DNA of 49,993 bases from Nemertoderma westbladi (lineage: Eukaryota > Animalia > Xenacoelomorpha). The stretch's first letter is position 1; each line of letters begins with the position of its first letter. Under the pieces are notes generated by a model. That model did no database searches, was not told the DNA's origin, and saw only the letters and a program-made list of their open reading frames with translations. The translations under genes were made by a program, and so were the position numbers. The DNA is taken from the NCBI GenBank assembly GCA_032718475.1, contig JAUCBJ010008894.1:1-49993 (forward strand), given 5' to 3'. Shown in pieces: positions 47,551 through 49,993 of this stretch.

Positions 47551-49585
47551 ACCACTACTGTATATACTGGGTCGAACGAACTCGGACAATGGAAATGAGA
47601 TCCTTCCAGACTTCCCGATTCTACTACTACTACTGTATATACTGGGTCGAACGAGATCGGACAATGGAAATGAGATCCTTCCAGACTTCCCGATTCTACT
47701 ACTACTACTGTATATACTGGGTCGAACGAGCTCGGACAATGGAAATGAGATCCTTCCAGACTTCCCGATTCTACTACTACTACTGTATATACTGGGTCGA
47801 ACGAGCTCGGACAATGGAAATGAGATCCTTCCAGACTTCCCGATTCTACTACTACTACTGTATATACTGGGTCGAACGAGCTCGGACAATGTAAATAAGA
47901 TCCTTCCAGACTTCCCGATTCTACTACTACTACTGTATATACTGGGTCGAACGAGCTCGGACAATGAAAATGAGATCCTTCCAGACTTCCCGATTCTACT
48001 ACCACTACTGTATATACTGGGTCGAACGAACTCGGACAATGGAAATGAGATCCTTCCAGACTTCCCGATTCTACTACTACTACTGTATATACTGGGTCGA
48101 ACGAGATCGGACAATGGAAATGAGATCCTTCCAGACTTCCCGATTCTACTACTACTACTGTATATACTGGGTCGAACGAGCTCGGACAATGGAAATGAGA
48201 TCCTTCCAGACTTCCCGATTCTACTACTACTACTGTATATACTGGGTCGAACGAGCTCGGACAATGGAAATGAGATCCTTCCAGACTTCCCGATTCTACT
48301 ACTACTACTGTATATACTGGGTCGAACGAGCTCGGACAATGTAAATAAGATCCTTCCAGACTTCCCGATTCTACTACTACTACTGTATATACTGGGTCGA
48401 ACGAGCTCGGACAATGGAAATGAGATCCTTCCAGACTTCCCGATTCTACTACTACTACTGTATATACTGGGTCGAACGAGCTCGGACAATGGAAATGAGA
48501 TCCTTCCAGACTTCCCGATTCTACTACTACTACTGTATATACTGGGTCGAACGAGCTCGGACAATGGAAGTGAGATCCTTCCAGACTTCCCGATTCTACT
48601 ACTACTACTGTATATACTGGGTCGAACGAGCTCGGACAATGGAAATGAGATCCTTCCAGACTTCCCGATTCTACTACTACTACTGTATATACTGGGTCGA
48701 ACGAGCTCGGACAATGGAAATGAGATCCTTCCAGACTTCCCGATTCTACTACTACTACTGTATATACTGGGTCGAACGAGCTCGGACAATGGAAATGAGA
48801 TCCTTCCAGACTTCCCGATTCTACTACTACTACTGTATATACTGGGTCGAACGAGCTCGGACAATGGAAATGAGATCCTTCCAGACTTCCCGATTCTACT
48901 ACTACTACTGTATATACTGGGTCGAACGAGCTCGGACAATGGAAATGAGATCCTTCCAGACTTCCCGATTCTACTACTACTACTGTATATACTGGGTCGA
49001 ACGAGCTCGGACAATGGAAATGAGATCCTTCCAGACTTCCCGATTCTACTACTACTACTGTATATACTGGGTCGAACGTGCTCGGACAATGGAAATGAGA
49101 TCCTTCCAGACTTCCCGATTCTACTACTACTACTGTATATACTGGGTCGAACGAGCTCGGACAATGGAAATGAGATCCTTCCAGACTTCCCGATTCTACT
49201 ACTACTACTGTATATACTGGGTCGAACGAGCTCGGACAATGGAAATGAGATCCTTCCAGACTTCCCGATTCTACTACTACTACTGTATATACTGGGTCGA
49301 ACGAGCTCGGACAATGGAAATGAGATCCTTCCAGGCTTCCCGATTCTACTACTACTACTGTATATAGTGGGTCGAACGAGCTCGGACAATGGAAATGAGA
49401 TCCTTCCAGACTTCCCGATTCTACTGACTACTACTGTATATACTGGGTCGAACGAGCTCGGACAATGGAAATGAGATCCTTCCAGGCTTCCCGATTCTAC
49501 TACTACTACTGTATATAGTGGGTCGAACGACGCTCGGACAATGGAAATGAGATCCTTCCAGGCTTCCCGATTCTACTACTACTAC
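47551..49585. repeat. 75-bp satellite (~27 units)
   Basis: Unit CTACTACTACTACTGTATATACTGGGTCGAACGAGCTCGGACAATGGAAATGAGATCCTTCCAGACTTCCCGATT. Confidence 0.97.
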
Positions 49586-49993
49586 TCAGCCGCGTAGCCA
49601 GGAATTTCCTACGGTAGGGTCCCAGACCCCAAATTGTAATCCATATTTATAGTAGTTGTGGGGTGTGGGGGAAGAGCCCCCCCCCCCCCCCCCCCCCAGC
49701 GTAGTCCAGGTGTGATAGTTTGGAATTTTAACAAAATGCCCGCCACACGTGATGTGTAATGTTTAGTAGGGTACGCAGCAAACTCCGCCCGCAGACAATC
49801 TTCTCCCGCGAGCAACCATCGCCAACTAAACAATTATTGTTTTGGTTAATAAAAGCTGTTTCTGTAACATGCTCCTTACCTTAAATTGGTAACAACATCG
49901 TTTATTGTTTTGGTTAGAAGAAGCCGTCTCTGTAACCTGCTCCTTTCCCTTAATTGGTAACTAAAATGGTTACTAACACAAATCTTATTGGGC

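Noticed and set aside
47474-49474. 666-, 618- and 317-aa repetitive ORFs
   Set aside because: A 75-bp unit divisible by 3 leaves several frames open on both strands; this is a satellite artefact.
49586-49993. Possible DNA-transposon left end CAGCCGCGTAGCCAGG
   Set aside because: No partner TIR or TSD within the window.

Overview
Repeat-rich eukaryotic (animal-like) genomic DNA. There are three conserved host genes, each a single uninterrupted ORF: FAM91A1 (+), RIC1 (-) and a catalytically intact transglutaminase (-). The centrepiece is a ~17.9 kb Bel/Pao-derived LTR retroelement (13923-31809, - strand, TG...CA LTRs, 5-bp TSD CTCTA) inserted in a ~79-bp satellite. Its first ORF keeps Gag and protease but has lost RT, most of RNase H and integrase while staying in frame. 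In the env position it carries a 1417-aa ORF with a DEDD 3'-5' exonuclease-like domain and zinc knuckles. It has no tRNA primer-binding site; instead the 12 nt after the 5' LTR are perfectly complementary to a 12-mer inside the intact LTR, suggesting Tf1-like self-priming. The rest is decayed LINEs (RTE-like, CR1/L2-like), a tRNA-derived SINE, non-autonomous hAT- and MULE-like elements, MITEs, and 25-, 75- and 79-bp tandem arrays. All family calls come from motif recognition by eye; no database searches were run.
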